Shown in pieces: positions 18,958 to 29,529 of a stretch of 62,891 nucleotides of DNA; position 1 is the stretch's first letter, and every line of letters begins with the position of its first letter. Source of the stretch: a virus. Taxonomy: Duplodnaviria; Caudoviricetes. The notes under the pieces are model-generated. The model was not told the DNA's origin and searched no databases. It saw nothing but the letters and a program-made list of their open reading frames with translations. The stretch spans positions 1 to 62,891 of the IMG/VR virus record IMGVR_UViG_3300027754_000089. The stretch is one strand, 5' to 3'. The position numbers and the translations under genes are program-made.

Positions 18958-21639
18958 TTATACGGGTAAGTATTTAGCGGCATTGGTATTGGTTGCCACT
19001 TGCTTTTTGCCAGTTGTTTTTGCGCGTGCGTTCTGTACACGATCCATCATTGCGTAAAGCTTACGAGCACCTGCTTCAGTAGAACCATTTCCTATTTCAG
19101 ACACAATGCGCGCAGGCACCACAAACTCACCATCAGCAAGGCGTGCAGGCTGACGATTACCAATAGAAGCAGGAATAGAATCAGAGACACCATCCCCCGG
19201 GCCACGGAGCAAGCGACCGCCATCAGAGTAGCCGCCTAAAGAACCCAAACCGCCCATTGCCATGCCGCCATCTGCGTAAACTTGTGGGGGATTAAAGTTA
19301 AATTTGCCTGTTGTTTTTGAAAAGAATGGATGACGCGCAGTACCGCCACGAGCCATGCCTATTAAACCGCCGTTAGCACCATGCACGGCTTCAAACTCAC
19401 TGGCTGTATTTGCAACAAGCTTACCGTTAGCGTCATAGTAACGACCATCAACCCCAAAATAAAATCCGGGGTAGTCTTTTAACTGTGTTGCAGTTTTAGG
19501 AGGTGTCCCATTTGCACCGGGAACTGAAATTGTTTTAGTGCTTAAAGAAGGCGCAGCACCAGATGCAGTTTTAGACGCTGCGTTTGCAGCCACGCTAGGG
19601 TCATAGTTTGGATTGGGGATTCTTTTATGTGTTACTGGATCAAAAATTTCTTTTACGTCAGATGCGTAAATTTTTTCATCTGGTTTAAGACCTAAGACCG
19701 CTTCCATATATGACTTAGATACTTTTGACGCCGATGTTTTAAGAGGTGCTGTGCCTTGACCTGTTAAAAAATTATATGCAGCAAAAGAGTCCCCAGTCAT
19801 CGTATTGAACTGTTTGTTTGCTTCCTCCGGTGTCTTAGGCGCTTTAGGAAAATAACCGGGGCTACCGCCACCTGCTGTCCAAGCATCTGTAACTTCACCT
19901 AGGCCCGAGAATCCAGCATAAGGGCGAGCGGGTAGGTTTGGTGTTACAGATACTGTTTTATCCGCATTGAGTGTTAGATCACCGGGATTATTTTTATTAC
20001 CGTATGGATTGCTTGTGCCAACAGGTGCGTTGGTTTGTGGGTTTGTTGGTAATTGCGTAACTGTTTTAGGCAACGCAATAATGCCGGGGCCACCGCCACC
20101 AGTTCCGGTAGGAGCCGCACCGATAAGAGGAGCAACGGGAGGAACACCGGTAGAGGGAGGAGGGGAAGCACCGAGAGGATGCAGTTTAGCTTCTGCCGCA
20201 TCGTACCGTGCTTGTACTTGCGCTTCAGGAATTCCTGTGGTGCGTGATATTTCTTTGACGGTAATAGGATCAATTTTACCTGTTACAGGATCTTTATGCA
20301 CATCCATGTAAGACGCATATTGTTGATCGTAAGCACTTCCTAAATTTGCCAATGGTGTGGCGGGGCCTTGGTATGCACCTAACAAAGTTTTTTCTTTGCT
20401 ATAGTCTTGTGCTAAATTAAATCGGTCTAAAAAATCCGCTTGACTTAAACCGATTTGACTAGCCAAATTTGGTGATGATGTGGGCGTAAGCCCTAAATTT
20501 TGCATTTGTCTATAGTAAACTTCGTCGCTTGCATTAGGTTGTGTGTTTACAAAATTAACAAATTGAGTGGCGGCAGTAGGAGACGTTGCAGAAGCCGCAG
20601 CAGTATTGCCATAAGTTAAAGCGCCAATATCTCCTGTATAACCAAGAGCTTGTGCAACTTGTTGTGCTTGCGTTGAGTTTTGAATTCCATAACTGTTTAC
20701 AACATCTTGAGCACTTGTACCGGGAGCAAATCCAGATCGTCCGGCTTCAATAGCGCCTGCCACATCAAAGCGACGCACACCATTTTCAATCCGCCCGCCT
20801 TGAGCTAGTGCCACGATACCGCCTGTTGCAGCGGTAGCGGGTTGTTGATAGATGTCTGAGAAGTTACGGCTACCCCATTCGCTAGCCTTGACCGCAGGCA
20901 AATCAATCATGTGATGCGTTACAGGATCGTAAATCTTTTGGCGAATGTATGCAGGGTTTACTGGGGCTGGTGTAGTGGTTTTTACGCCTTGGTCAGCTAA
21001 CATTGGAGATACTGCCATTAAACCGGACGCAGCGTTATTTTTAGCAAAAGTTCCTAAATCGCCGGGAGTTGCAGTTACGGCGTTATATCCGCCAGCAAGC
21101 TTGTCCATCTGAGGCATAGCGTTAAGTTGTGCTGTTACGCTTTCACCTAAAGCTCCGGGATTGTTTAGAAGATGCGCTTTGTATGCTTCTGATCCAACAT
21201 CTGTGCCTAAACCAGCCGCAAGTCCTTGTTCTGCACTAGCAAGTGCTCCGGGTGCAGCGGCTTGTGTTCCCGCAGCGGCTAAATTTCCAGCTATGTCTGC
21301 CCCGCCGTAAGCACCCAATCCAGCCATAAGTCCACGAGACAAACTACCCGTTGCCAGAGTCATAATGCCGCCAGTAGCAACACCTGCCATCATTGACGAT
21401 AAACCAAATCCAGCGGGGCCAAGCAAAGCACCCAATGCCATAGGTGCGGCGGCTTTAAGTACGTCGTCTAAAAAGCCAGCTTCGGGTAAACCCGTATGTG
21501 GGTTGATTGTTAAATCCCCACCTTTGGCGTGAGCAAGGCTACGCAATCCAGCAACTTCGCTGGGCGTCATGTGCACAAGCATTTTGTCGTTGCCACGACC
21601 TTGTTGCGCTAAGTGATTGGCTACGTGTTGGAGACTCAT
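18958..21639 (-). CDS. Ejection/internal virion protein with tape-measure-like GPGDGxSDSIPA...GEFVV C-terminal module
   Basis: N-terminal GRGND.MLVHM...TINPHTGLPE motif, hydrophobic Gly/Ala segment, recognisable C-terminal module. Confidence 0.65.
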   Translation of the reverse strand: MSLQHVANHLAQQGRGNDKMLVHMTPSEVAGLRSLAHAKGGDLTINPHTGLPEAGFLDDVLKAAAPMALGALLGPAGFGLSSMMAGVATGGIMTLATGSLSRGLMAGLGAYGGADIAGNLAAAGTQAAAPGALASAEQGLAAGLGTDVGSEAYKAHLLNNPGALGESVTAQLNAMPQMDKLAGGYNAVTATPGDLGTFAKNNAASGLMAVSPMLADQGVKTTTPAPVNPAYIRQKIYDPVTHHMIDLPAVKASEWGSRNFSDIYQQPATAATGGIVALAQGGRIENGVRRFDVAGAIEAGRSGFAPGTSAQDVVNSYGIQNSTQAQQVAQALGYTGDIGALTYGNTAAASATSPTAATQFVNFVNTQPNASDEVYYRQMQNLGLTPTSSPNLASQIGLSQADFLDRFNLAQDYSKEKTLLGAYQGPATPLANLGSAYDQQYASYMDVHKDPVTGKIDPITVKEISRTTGIPEAQVQARYDAAEAKLHPLGASPPPSTGVPPVAPLIGAAPTGTGGGGPGIIALPKTVTQLPTNPQTNAPVGTSNPYGNKNNPGDLTLNADKTVSVTPNLPARPYAGFSGLGEVTDAWTAGGGSPGYFPKAPKTPEEANKQFNTMTGDSFAAYNFLTGQGTAPLKTSASKVSKSYMEAVLGLKPDEKIYASDVKEIFDPVTHKRIPNPNYDPSVAANAASKTASGAAPSLSTKTISVPGANGTPPKTATQLKDYPGFYFGVDGRYYDANGKLVANTASEFEAVHGANGGLIGMARGGTARHPFFSKTTGKFNFNPPQVYADGGMAMGGLGSLGGYSDGGRLLRGPGDGVSDSIPASIGNRQPARLADGEFVVPARIVSEIGNGSTEAGARKLYAMMDRVQNARAKTTGKKQVATNTNAAKYLPV

Positions 21640-21672
21640 ATTTTCCCCGTAAATAAGTTAGAGTTTATCATA

Positions 21673-22002
21673 TTAGCCTACTTTCCAGTTGGTTCCATTG
21701 GAGAATACAGGCACTGTGTTTGCCCCACCGCTAGCTACCGTTGTATTAAAAGTAGTCACCGAAGAATCCGATACAAAAGTTCTTGTGCCCGCACCTGATG
21801 TAACCGCATTAGGTAATGTAGCTACTGTATACACCGTAGTGCCAACTGTGTAGCTATTGACAATTACGTTTAAGGCATTGTTGAGCTGGTTGAAGTACAA
21901 ACGCAACACGTTGGCAAACTGATCTTGATAGCGACGCTCGTACGCCTCTGTACCTAAAGGCAAGTTCGGTACTGGGGGGTTGATGATCGGTTGTGCTGCC
22001 AT
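21673..22002 (-). CDS. Small tail-associated structural protein
   Basis: Coupled to hub gene; beta-rich C-terminus PVFSNGTNWKVG. Confidence 0.55.
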   Translation of the reverse strand: MAAQPIINPPVPNLPLGTEAYERRYQDQFANVLRLYFNQLNNALNVIVNSYTVGTTVYTVATLPNAVTSGAGTRTFVSDSSVTTFNTTVASGGANTVPVFSNGTNWKVG

Positions 22003-24131
22003 TAGCGTCTGCCGTCAGGACGAATATCTAGCCTAGGGGCGCCCAACTGCCAAGTTGTACCTACTTTGTTAGACGCCATCTTGATAATCAACTGCCGTCC
22101 ACGTACCCGTGTGTAGACTTCGCCTGTAAATGTCTCAGGGTTTGCACTTAGACTAACGCTGTAAGCAGTGTTTGCTACGGGGTTGTTTGTGCCTGAACCT
22201 GAGTTGTACATGGGGTAAAGCGTCATTGTGGCTTCTGGGCTTGTGCCGCTTGTGGAACCCGAGAAAGTTAAGTCAGGAAGTACTCTCCACACGAAAGCAA
22301 AATTATGCCCATCCCCAATATCAAACTCTGAAGAAGAAATATAAGCGTCAATAGCTGCCGCAGTGCCTGTTTCAACATCGTCAACACCACTTTCTTGATT
22401 AAGAATGTAATTGGTATATGTAGCCGCCAAAGGTGCAGCTTGTAGTCCCGTATCCAACCATGCTGTTCTAGCCATTTTGCCGTAGTACCAAAGCTTTTCA
22501 AGGTAGTTATAGACTACATAACGGTCAATGGCCGTATTTACTGTTATACCATCAGCTAAGTATTTAGAACAATAGAACCACCATACCTCATTGTAGGCTT
22601 CTACGGTACTGCCAAAAACTTGTTGGCTTTGGTTTTGGTTTAAGTCTTGGAACACAAATCTACGCAAATCACAGTTAAGCGTTTGTACACGACCATCGTA
22701 AGAATAGAACTTATCAATACCCATCCAGTACACAATACCAGACGCAATGGTTGCTGCATTTGGCCCCATGATAGAGATGTTGTCTCCAAGGAGTTGAGTC
22801 TTCCAGTAGTAAGGAGAGCCTACGTATTGCAAGGAATAGACCGATTGATCCGTAAACACCACAATCTCTTGACGAGTTTGGACGGCAGAAATAATTTGCG
22901 AGCCGTGGGACAACCGGATACTGCCCGCTTGGTTTGTGGCATCGGGTGTCCACTCATAAGGGTTTTCCTGATCTGACCAACGAATTAACATAGGATCTAT
23001 TGTTGAACCGCCGTAATCGTTTGTACCAAAAGCAATTACAAACCTAGAAGCATCAGATACAAGCATGTAATTTTGAAACAAAGGCACATCAACCAACAAC
23101 GATATAGAGCATCCTGAACCCGTAGATGTTGTGTTGACTATTGCACCTGCGCTATTCAAGATATTAGCCGTTAAGCCTTGCACGTTGTACAGATAGTATG
23201 TAGTAGCCGCAGATACGCCAGTAGGCATTGAGCTTGTGGTGGCAAACTGAACGGCTGTACCTTCAGTCAAAGGAATAGTAAATGTAACTACGGTTGGAGA
23301 TGCGTTGGTAAACGTGACAGCACCACCTAAACTAGACAATAAAACACCTCTTGTGCTCCCCCCACTGGTGGCTTTCCAATAGTAAATACCACCTCCACGA
23401 GGGCCAAAAATCAAATTCTCGCCAAAGTTTTGTGCGTTCCACAACTGAAGAGCTGAAACAATGGATTGACCGTTGCCCCATGTACCGTAGCCCCAGAGTC
23501 CAGCACCCCAACCTACAAGTGCATTTTGAAAAGCTGGGCCAGTATTGAGTTGATAGGCTGCGGTTACTGTACCGCCATTTCCTGTATCGCTAGCATTGGA
23601 TGTAACAGTATTACCAGCAGTGTCCTTGGCGGTAAATGTATAAGTGGTTGTACTTGTAACGGTAATTTGATACCCTGTTGTTAAATTTAATACTGCGGCA
23701 GTGATATTGCCGCCTAGACTTGTAGATCCACTAAAAGTTACAAAGTCTCCCGTAATAGCTCCGTGTGCAGATACTGTGTTAACACTGATGGTTGAGCTAA
23801 AAGGCGATATGGTAACCGCAGTAAATGGGCTGGCTAGCGTTGCAGTGACTCTAATAGGCGTAATGTCATAGAACGCACCGCCCTGAAGAACATAAAACTT
23901 TAAGTTTGTACCTACAGCCAGTGTGTAGATGTTTGCCAAAGTAAACCAGTTCCAAAGAGTGCGGCAAACGCCTAAGAATTTATTTGCTGTGTATTGCGTC
24001 CACCCGCCAATCTTTTCAGGCGTGCCTTGACGAAAGCGTACTTTGTCGGATTCATACCAGCCACCCTCGTTTGTGTATCGAGTGTTCTCCCTATTGACCC
24101 CAGGCTTAAAAACGACTTTCTGTAATGGCAT
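22002..24131 (-). CDS. Tail hub/nozzle (P22 gp10 / tubular protein B-like)
   Basis: Start MPLQKVVFKPG at 24131; beta-propeller-like repeats, IRWSDQE motif, ends DIRPDGRR. Confidence 0.75.
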   Translation of the reverse strand: MPLQKVVFKPGVNRENTRYTNEGGWYESDKVRFRQGTPEKIGGWTQYTANKFLGVCRTLWNWFTLANIYTLAVGTNLKFYVLQGGAFYDITPIRVTATLASPFTAVTISPFSSTISVNTVSAHGAITGDFVTFSGSTSLGGNITAAVLNLTTGYQITVTSTTTYTFTAKDTAGNTVTSNASDTGNGGTVTAAYQLNTGPAFQNALVGWGAGLWGYGTWGNGQSIVSALQLWNAQNFGENLIFGPRGGGIYYWKATSGGSTRGVLLSSLGGAVTFTNASPTVVTFTIPLTEGTAVQFATTSSMPTGVSAATTYYLYNVQGLTANILNSAGAIVNTTSTGSGCSISLLVDVPLFQNYMLVSDASRFVIAFGTNDYGGSTIDPMLIRWSDQENPYEWTPDATNQAGSIRLSHGSQIISAVQTRQEIVVFTDQSVYSLQYVGSPYYWKTQLLGDNISIMGPNAATIASGIVYWMGIDKFYSYDGRVQTLNCDLRRFVFQDLNQNQSQQVFGSTVEAYNEVWWFYCSKYLADGITVNTAIDRYVVYNYLEKLWYYGKMARTAWLDTGLQAAPLAATYTNYILNQESGVDDVETGTAAAIDAYISSSEFDIGDGHNFAFVWRVLPDLTFSGSTSGTSPEATMTLYPMYNSGSGTNNPVANTAYSVSLSANPETFTGEVYTRVRGRQLIIKMASNKVGTTWQLGAPRLDIRPDGRR

Positions 24132-24138
24132 GATGATC

Positions 24139-24567
24139 CTACGAGTAGATTCTTGTACCCATTTTATCAATGATAAGTGCTTGCCGTCTAGGAGTTTCTC
24201 CCTCTTTGGGTATGGCAATGTGTGTCCAGCGGTCAAACTCTCTTATCACTTGGTCATACTGTAAATCAGAGGCTATAACCAGTTTAACGACCTCATCAGG
24301 AGTAAGACTAGGCACACGGAGATCAGCAGCATTGCCAAAACGATGTGCGCTGGAATCTTTGCTTTTAACAGCGTCATTGACTTGCTTGCTACGAAACGCT
24401 GAGTTAACCATGATTGGCTTGCCTCCGAGTAGGCTTTTAACTTGTTCCAGAAACTCTGCAAGCCGTTGAAGATTCTTGGTTTCAGATTCATTAGGTTCAT
24501 TGTCAAACTCCCTGTGGTCAGTGATAGTTAACTCTGCTAAAGAAAAATGGGGTGTAAGTTGCGTCAT
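24139..24567 (-). CDS. Endolysin, peptidase M15 family
   Basis: NSAFR...SAHRFGNAAD...WTH Zn-binding motif set. Confidence 0.85.
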   Translation of the reverse strand: MTQLTPHFSLAELTITDHREFDNEPNESETKNLQRLAEFLEQVKSLLGGKPIMVNSAFRSKQVNDAVKSKDSSAHRFGNAADLRVPSLTPDEVVKLVIASDLQYDQVIREFDRWTHIAIPKEGETPRRQALIIDKMGTRIYS

Positions 24568-25064
24568 TTTGTTGGACTCGATTGATGGAGCAACGTATCT
24601 TTGGCTTGTGAGCCTGAAGATGAACCAAAGTAGAACGATAGGACAAGCATCAATGCACCATCTAAAGTACCCAGTACACGAGCAACCAACTCACGCATAG
24701 TCGGCTCAATTACATGGGTCAAGAGGAAGAACTGCACTGCCGCCCAAGCCAATACAATCATAACGGACAACGCAGGGGGTATAAAACTGCCTGTGGTCAT
24801 CTGCATCTGACGGGCGCTTGCACGGTCTGCTACTGCCAACTTTTCAAAGTCAAGACCCATCTCTTGCGCTCTGGCTTTCAATGCTAACTCTGCGGTTTGA
24901 AGGGAGGCTATTTGGTCGGCAGTCATCTTGCCTGAATTGATGGTTTCTTGAACCTTACTAGGGTCAACACCTATGGCTTTAGATATAGCCTCAACCGCCA
25001 TGCCTGCAAGTGGGCCGCCCATCGCTGTGGCTATTGTAGGTGCTATGCTTTTTAACCAATCCAT
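24564..25064 (-). CDS. Holin-like membrane protein (3TM holin type)
   Basis: DRASARQM motif, C-terminal TM helices, YFGSS; adjacent to endolysin. Confidence 0.75.
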   Translation of the reverse strand: MDWLKSIAPTIATAMGGPLAGMAVEAISKAIGVDPSKVQETINSGKMTADQIASLQTAELALKARAQEMGLDFEKLAVADRASARQMQMTTGSFIPPALSVMIVLAWAAVQFFLLTHVIEPTMRELVARVLGTLDGALMLVLSFYFGSSSGSQAKDTLLHQSSPTK

Positions 25065-25306
25065 TATTTGCTCTCCAACTTCTTAATCAATTTCTGCACC
25101 TTGATTTCGGTCTGTCGTACATCCATGTACATCCACATGAGGACTGGCATAAAGAACAAGACCAGACAAAGCAATATCACAATTACGATGACGTAGAAAG
25201 AGTCATCGTTAGAATCATCATCCACGCCCACAGGATCATTAGGATAGTTATTCCCCCTACTAGAACCCTGTGTTGAATTTTGCTTATAGCCTGTCTTCGT
25301 TGCCAT
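25064..25306 (-). CDS. Single-TM membrane protein in lysis cassette
   Basis: Long hydrophobic helix followed by coiled coil. Confidence 0.6.
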   Translation of the reverse strand: MATKTGYKQNSTQGSSRGNNYPNDPVGVDDDSNDDSFYVIVIVILLCLVLFFMPVLMWMYMDVRQTEIKVQKLIKKLESK

Positions 25307-25890
25307 TCAATTGCCTTCTTTCTGTCCAACTCCTCTTTTCTCGCCAGTTGTTGTTGGTTGGCAATGTGTCCGATCATCTTGTTGACTCTGCTATAAAGAT
25401 CCTTAAATTCACTGGGAACGTGGTACACCATGTACTCACGCAACTCATCGTTTAACTTCTCCATCTGTAGATCAGCAATAACTAACTTAATGGCAATGTC
25501 TTGTCCTTCTTCATCCCCTAACTTAGATGCTGTTGTCTCTTGCTCTTCTTTGTAGTGTTTCAAACCATTGTAGGCATGAAAGAACTTGGTTAGAGCATCA
25601 GCAACTTGGGCATAGATTTGATTCTCATCAAACTCAGGTTTCTTTGCCTTTTTAACTGGCTTTTCAACAGATTTTTGTTGAATTGGTTCTTTCTTATCCC
25701 CAAAAAGACCCGTTAAGAACCCCCACACTCCCTTGGCATCCTCTTGGATACCCTTTAAATCTTTGACTACACCTTCAACTTCAGCCTTGGCATCGAGGAC
25801 ATACTGCCTCCCCTCCTTGTACATCTCGCATGATTCTTTGACGAGTTTAAACGCAGAGGATGCAAGGGCAACAAGTGTAAAAGGATCAAT
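25183..25890 (-). CDS. Coiled-coil protein with C-terminal TM; probable non-canonical (ATT) start at 25890
   Basis: Frame open upstream of ATG 25824 to IDPFTLVALASSAF directly after previous stop. Confidence 0.55.
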   Translation of the reverse strand: MDPFTLVALASSAFKLVKESCEMYKEGRQYVLDAKAEVEGVVKDLKGIQEDAKGVWGFLTGLFGDKKEPIQQKSVEKPVKKAKKPEFDENQIYAQVADALTKFFHAYNGLKHYKEEQETTASKLGDEEGQDIAIKLVIADLQMEKLNDELREYMVYHVPSEFKDLYSRVNKMIGHIANQQQLARKEELDRKKAIEWQRRQAISKIQHRVLVGGITILMILWAWMMILTMTLSTSS

Positions 25891-25893
25891 TTC

Positions 25894-26088
25894 TTACAAC
25901 CCAAGAAGTTTGCTAAAGAACTGCCCTGCTACATTAGGGCCAAGAAGCACAAGAATCATCACACCATAAAGGAGATACTCAATCTTAGCCATGCGCTTTT
26001 CTCCATTTTTAAGGGACTCAGCTATATGGGTATATCGCTCTTCGCAAACAGCAACGTGAACAGCTAGATCTTTCTCTGTGTCAGTCAT
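25894..26088 (-). CDS. Small coiled-coil plus TM protein (XhlA/holin-like)
   Basis: MTDTEKDLAVHVAVCEERY...TM helix. Confidence 0.65.
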   Translation of the reverse strand: MTDTEKDLAVHVAVCEERYTHIAESLKNGEKRMAKIEYLLYGVMILVLLGPNVAGQFFSKLLGL

Positions 26089-26233
26089 TTGGCTTATCTT
26101 GTGGTGGAGGAGTCTGTGCCTGTGCCTCTTTCTGCACTTCAGCAATCAATTGGAACACTTGGTCATAGGGTTGCTTACCTAAGTAGCCCATGATGGCGTT
26201 GATGAGGTTGACAGGTAGTGTGATTTTGTCCAT
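26081..26233 (-). CDS. 50-aa hypothetical protein (not in ORF track)
   Basis: MDKITLPVNLINAIMGYLGKQPYDQVFQLI; GGAG RBS; coupled to both neighbours. Confidence 0.7.
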   Translation of the reverse strand: MDKITLPVNLINAIMGYLGKQPYDQVFQLIAEVQKEAQAQTPPPQDKPND

Positions 26234-27340
26234 TTATTTGTTCTCCAATGCTGTTACTTTTGCGCTGAGTTCTTGAATTGCTTTAATGCAAAGAGAAACC
26301 ATGTTGCCATAAGCCAAAGCATCAGGCAAACCATCTTCTGCGTATTGCACAAATTCCGTCAAACCAACAGCATGGACTTCTTCGGCAATTAAACCGCCAA
26401 AAATTGTTTCGCCATCGTTTTCGCTTTTGCCTTTATAAGTAACTGGGCGCAGTTGCAATACTTCCGCAAGACCATGTGTTGCTTCTTCAATATTTTTTTT
26501 GTACTTTAGTGAAGATGTTGAACGATAAAAATTACCACCTGAATCAATATATACATTTGCTCCACTACCGCTTGTAGTGTTATAAACCTGTGGAACTCTT
26601 AAGTCACCACCAGTAGTAATAACTAACCTAGGATTCCCATCCCCATCAGACAGCACGATGTAGTTGCTTGCTGTGCGAATGTCTAAACTACCTTGGTTGC
26701 CGTTGTAGCCACCAAGAATGGTGTTATTTGCGCCAGTAGTCATAACCCCACCAGCATAATACCCAATAAAAGTATTTTTTGCGCCTGTTGAAGCATAACC
26801 AGCTTGGTCACCCATCATGGTGCAATAACTTGCGTTGCTTGTATATCCAGCTTGTCTACCTACGTAATTTGATTGCACTCCCGTGGTATTTGTATACCCC
26901 GCTTGATAACCTACTGCTGTGTTGTTTGATGCTGTGTTGTAGCGTAATGCTTGTTGTCCAACGGCTATGTTGTAATTGCCTGATACATTGTCATATAAAA
27001 CAGATGTTCCTACTCCAACATTTCCCGCACCAGTAGTTGTAACTCGACCAGCATAAGCACCAATAAAATTATTGCTATCACCTGATGTAATTGCATTGCC
27101 AGCACTATATCCAATAGCAACAGTTAAGCCACCAGTATTTGTGGCAACTTGTGCTAAATTGCCTAAAACAGTATTGGTAGCGACAGAACCAGCACCTTGA
27201 CCAATAGTCAATCCATGAATAGTTGAGTCAGCAGATGTTGTAATAGATGTTACAGAAGGCGTTGATGTAAACGCAGTTGTCTGCGTAGTCGCATCTGAAA
27301 AGGTGATGCTAGGACTTGAACCCGAAATAACTGTGGTCAT
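26234..27340 (-). CDS. Tail fibre/spike with C-terminal intramolecular chaperone (peptidase S74)
   Basis: NxAxG beta-helix repeats; SSLKYKKNI...LRPVTY...GLIAEEV. Confidence 0.85.
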   Translation of the reverse strand: MTTVISGSSPSITFSDATTQTTAFTSTPSVTSITTSADSTIHGLTIGQGAGSVATNTVLGNLAQVATNTGGLTVAIGYSAGNAITSGDSNNFIGAYAGRVTTTGAGNVGVGTSVLYDNVSGNYNIAVGQQALRYNTASNNTAVGYQAGYTNTTGVQSNYVGRQAGYTSNASYCTMMGDQAGYASTGAKNTFIGYYAGGVMTTGANNTILGGYNGNQGSLDIRTASNYIVLSDGDGNPRLVITTGGDLRVPQVYNTTSGSGANVYIDSGGNFYRSTSSLKYKKNIEEATHGLAEVLQLRPVTYKGKSENDGETIFGGLIAEEVHAVGLTEFVQYAEDGLPDALAYGNMVSLCIKAIQELSAKVTALENK

Positions 27341-27341
27341 C

Positions 27342-27608
27342 TTATGCTCCTATTGCTGATATTTCTTCAGCAGATAATCCAAGCGCAGTTAACTTTGCTA
27401 TTGCAGATGCTTTAGCAGTTGCTTGTGCTTGTTGTTGTTCAGCGTATTGGGTTTCTAATATGGTAACTTGCGCTGTCACTTGCTCTGATGATATTGTTAT
27501 TTGATTGTTGTTTTCGTCTAATACAACCAAAGAATCAACATTATTACCTGAAATGTGTACAGCGTTTGTATATAAAGAAAGCACAGCTTTATGAATATTA
27601 ATACTCAT
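27342..27608 (-). CDS. Putative tail fibre assembly chaperone
   Basis: Small gene between fibres; KLTALGLSAEEI C-terminus. Confidence 0.5.
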   Translation of the reverse strand: MSINIHKAVLSLYTNAVHISGNNVDSLVVLDENNNQITISSEQVTAQVTILETQYAEQQQAQATAKASAIAKLTALGLSAEEISAIGA

Positions 27609-28267
27609 TGTCTAATCTCCATTAAAATTATCGTACTTGCATTAGTACTACCTGAAGGTTGTGCAGTTACACTCATTCCAGATAAACCTACTCTAAATTG
27701 TGTTGAATAAGTAGTGGAAGATGTTGTAGAAGGCGAATCTAAATAATTAAATGAGTAGTCGCTAATCATATATAATTGTTGATTTACTGCTGTACTTGTT
27801 TGAGCAATTCTCAAACTATAAGAACCTGAACTATCCCCACCATTTGTGACTAATTGAGTTGCACCTCTATACAATTGAACACCCACGTTAGTTTGATAAC
27901 CATAAGCACTTATTGCGGAATCCAAAAGAATTTGTTGACTTACTAAAACAAGAATTTTACTTGTACTAAATTGTGGTGTGATTGAAGCACTTAAATTTGT
28001 TGTGGCATAAGTTGTTGAAGTTGTGGTTGTGGGTGTCGAACTTGTACCCAACACAACTTGAACCACAGCACCACTAGGCATATTAGTAGCAGTTAATTGA
28101 CCTGTTATGCTTGATCCACTCATCACAGGAGCATTAGCAAACGTAGCAATCTGTCCTGAACTAATCGTCAACGCAGTTGTCCCTGCTGTCTGGAGTGCCA
28201 AAGCCCCTGAAGTATCAGAAGTAACAATGACCCCTGCTGATGTTGATGCGTTTACCGTTGCAGTCAT
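27605..28267 (-). CDS. Short tail fibre protein
   Basis: Ser/Thr-rich; GAVVQVV...SITPQFSTSKILV...STIILMEI tip pattern. Confidence 0.7.
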   Translation of the reverse strand: MTATVNASTSAGVIVTSDTSGALALQTAGTTALTISSGQIATFANAPVMSGSSITGQLTATNMPSGAVVQVVLGTSSTPTTTTSTTYATTNLSASITPQFSTSKILVLVSQQILLDSAISAYGYQTNVGVQLYRGATQLVTNGGDSSGSYSLRIAQTSTAVNQQLYMISDYSFNYLDSPSTTSSTTYSTQFRVGLSGMSVTAQPSGSTNASTIILMEIRQ

Positions 28268-28269
28268 GT

Positions 28270-29520
28270 TTATTTCCCTTCAAGAGCAGTTATACGCTCT
28301 GTTAGTGATGTAATTGTTGCTGATTGTGCTGTGACTAAAGCAGAGAGTTCTTGGATTGCTGATGTAAGAGTAGCCACCAAGAATGATGTGTCTACGCCTT
28401 GATAAACTGGCACGGTGCGTGTACCCATGACGGCAGGGGTTGTGATGTTGCCCTCTTCGTCTTTAACTGCGGGAGTGACTTCGTACTCTTCTTCACGGGT
28501 TCCATCTTTAGAACCATGAACGCACTCAGGTACTATTTCTTGTAATTCATGGGCGATGAAACCTTGACCATCTGAACCGTCAACATTCCATTTGTAAGTA
28601 ACGGGCTTTAGTAAAGCAACTTTAGCTAATGCGCCTGTCATTGGTGCAATGTTTTGTTTTAAACGATAGTCAGATGATGTGTTGTAAGAAGTGCTTGAGC
28701 CACTTGTATAAATAGCACCTACGCCGCTATTACCATTGAAAAACTCCATCATTGGCTGACTGCCTGTTCCAGTTCTACCACTTTGAAAAATGCCTGATGC
28801 CGTTATTCTTCCGTAACTTGTTGTTGGAGGAACTGCATATTGCCCACCTACTTGAAGGTTTTGACTAGAGTCTATACGCATGGCTTCTGTATTGTTTGTA
28901 GCAAATTTTAAATTTGCTGATTCGTAATTGTTAATAAGTGCATCAGTACCACCCATTTCAATTAACAAACCATCAGAATTACCAGTCCCCGTTGAACTGT
29001 TATGCACTCTTAATGAAGGATAAGATGGACTATATACTCTTATACTAGTGTTTGAAGTACCTTGTACATCTAGCCCATAAGCAGGACTACTTGTACCTAT
29101 ACCTACATTGCCACTAATGGGGTTGAGCAACAAACTTGTGTAAGTAGCCCCTCCAGCAGAATCTTGTACTTGCAATCCTTTAAATCCACTTGCAGTACCA
29201 GTAAAGTTTAAAGAGTAGCCAGTATTGTCTCTAATCTTTGCTTGGGAAGTTGTGTCAGACGCATATGTAGATAAAACATCAAATTTAGCCAAAGGCGAAG
29301 TTGTACCTATACCTAGATTTGTTCCTGTAAAAGTAAGCGCAGTCCCAGTAGTCAAAGCACTTGTACTTGTAGCGTATGCTACGCCATTCGTTGTGAACCC
29401 TGCTCCTGATGTTTGTATTGTTCCAGTTTCAGCAGGCAGAGTAATTGTGTACGTCCCTGTTGCCGATGGAGTGATTGTGGTACTTCCACTCGAAGAACCC
29501 GCTAAGACTAAATTTCCCAT
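28270..29520 (-). CDS. Tail fibre with S74 chaperone domain
   Basis: GNVGIGTSSP repeats; SSDYRLKQNI...GFIAHELQ. Confidence 0.85.
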   Translation of the reverse strand: MGNLVLAGSSSGSTTITPSATGTYTITLPAETGTIQTSGAGFTTNGVAYATSTSALTTGTALTFTGTNLGIGTTSPLAKFDVLSTYASDTTSQAKIRDNTGYSLNFTGTASGFKGLQVQDSAGGATYTSLLLNPISGNVGIGTSSPAYGLDVQGTSNTSIRVYSPSYPSLRVHNSSTGTGNSDGLLIEMGGTDALINNYESANLKFATNNTEAMRIDSSQNLQVGGQYAVPPTTSYGRITASGIFQSGRTGTGSQPMMEFFNGNSGVGAIYTSGSSTSYNTSSDYRLKQNIAPMTGALAKVALLKPVTYKWNVDGSDGQGFIAHELQEIVPECVHGSKDGTREEEYEVTPAVKDEEGNITTPAVMGTRTVPVYQGVDTSFLVATLTSAIQELSALVTAQSATITSLTERITALEGK

Positions 29521-29529
29521 GTTTGTTCC

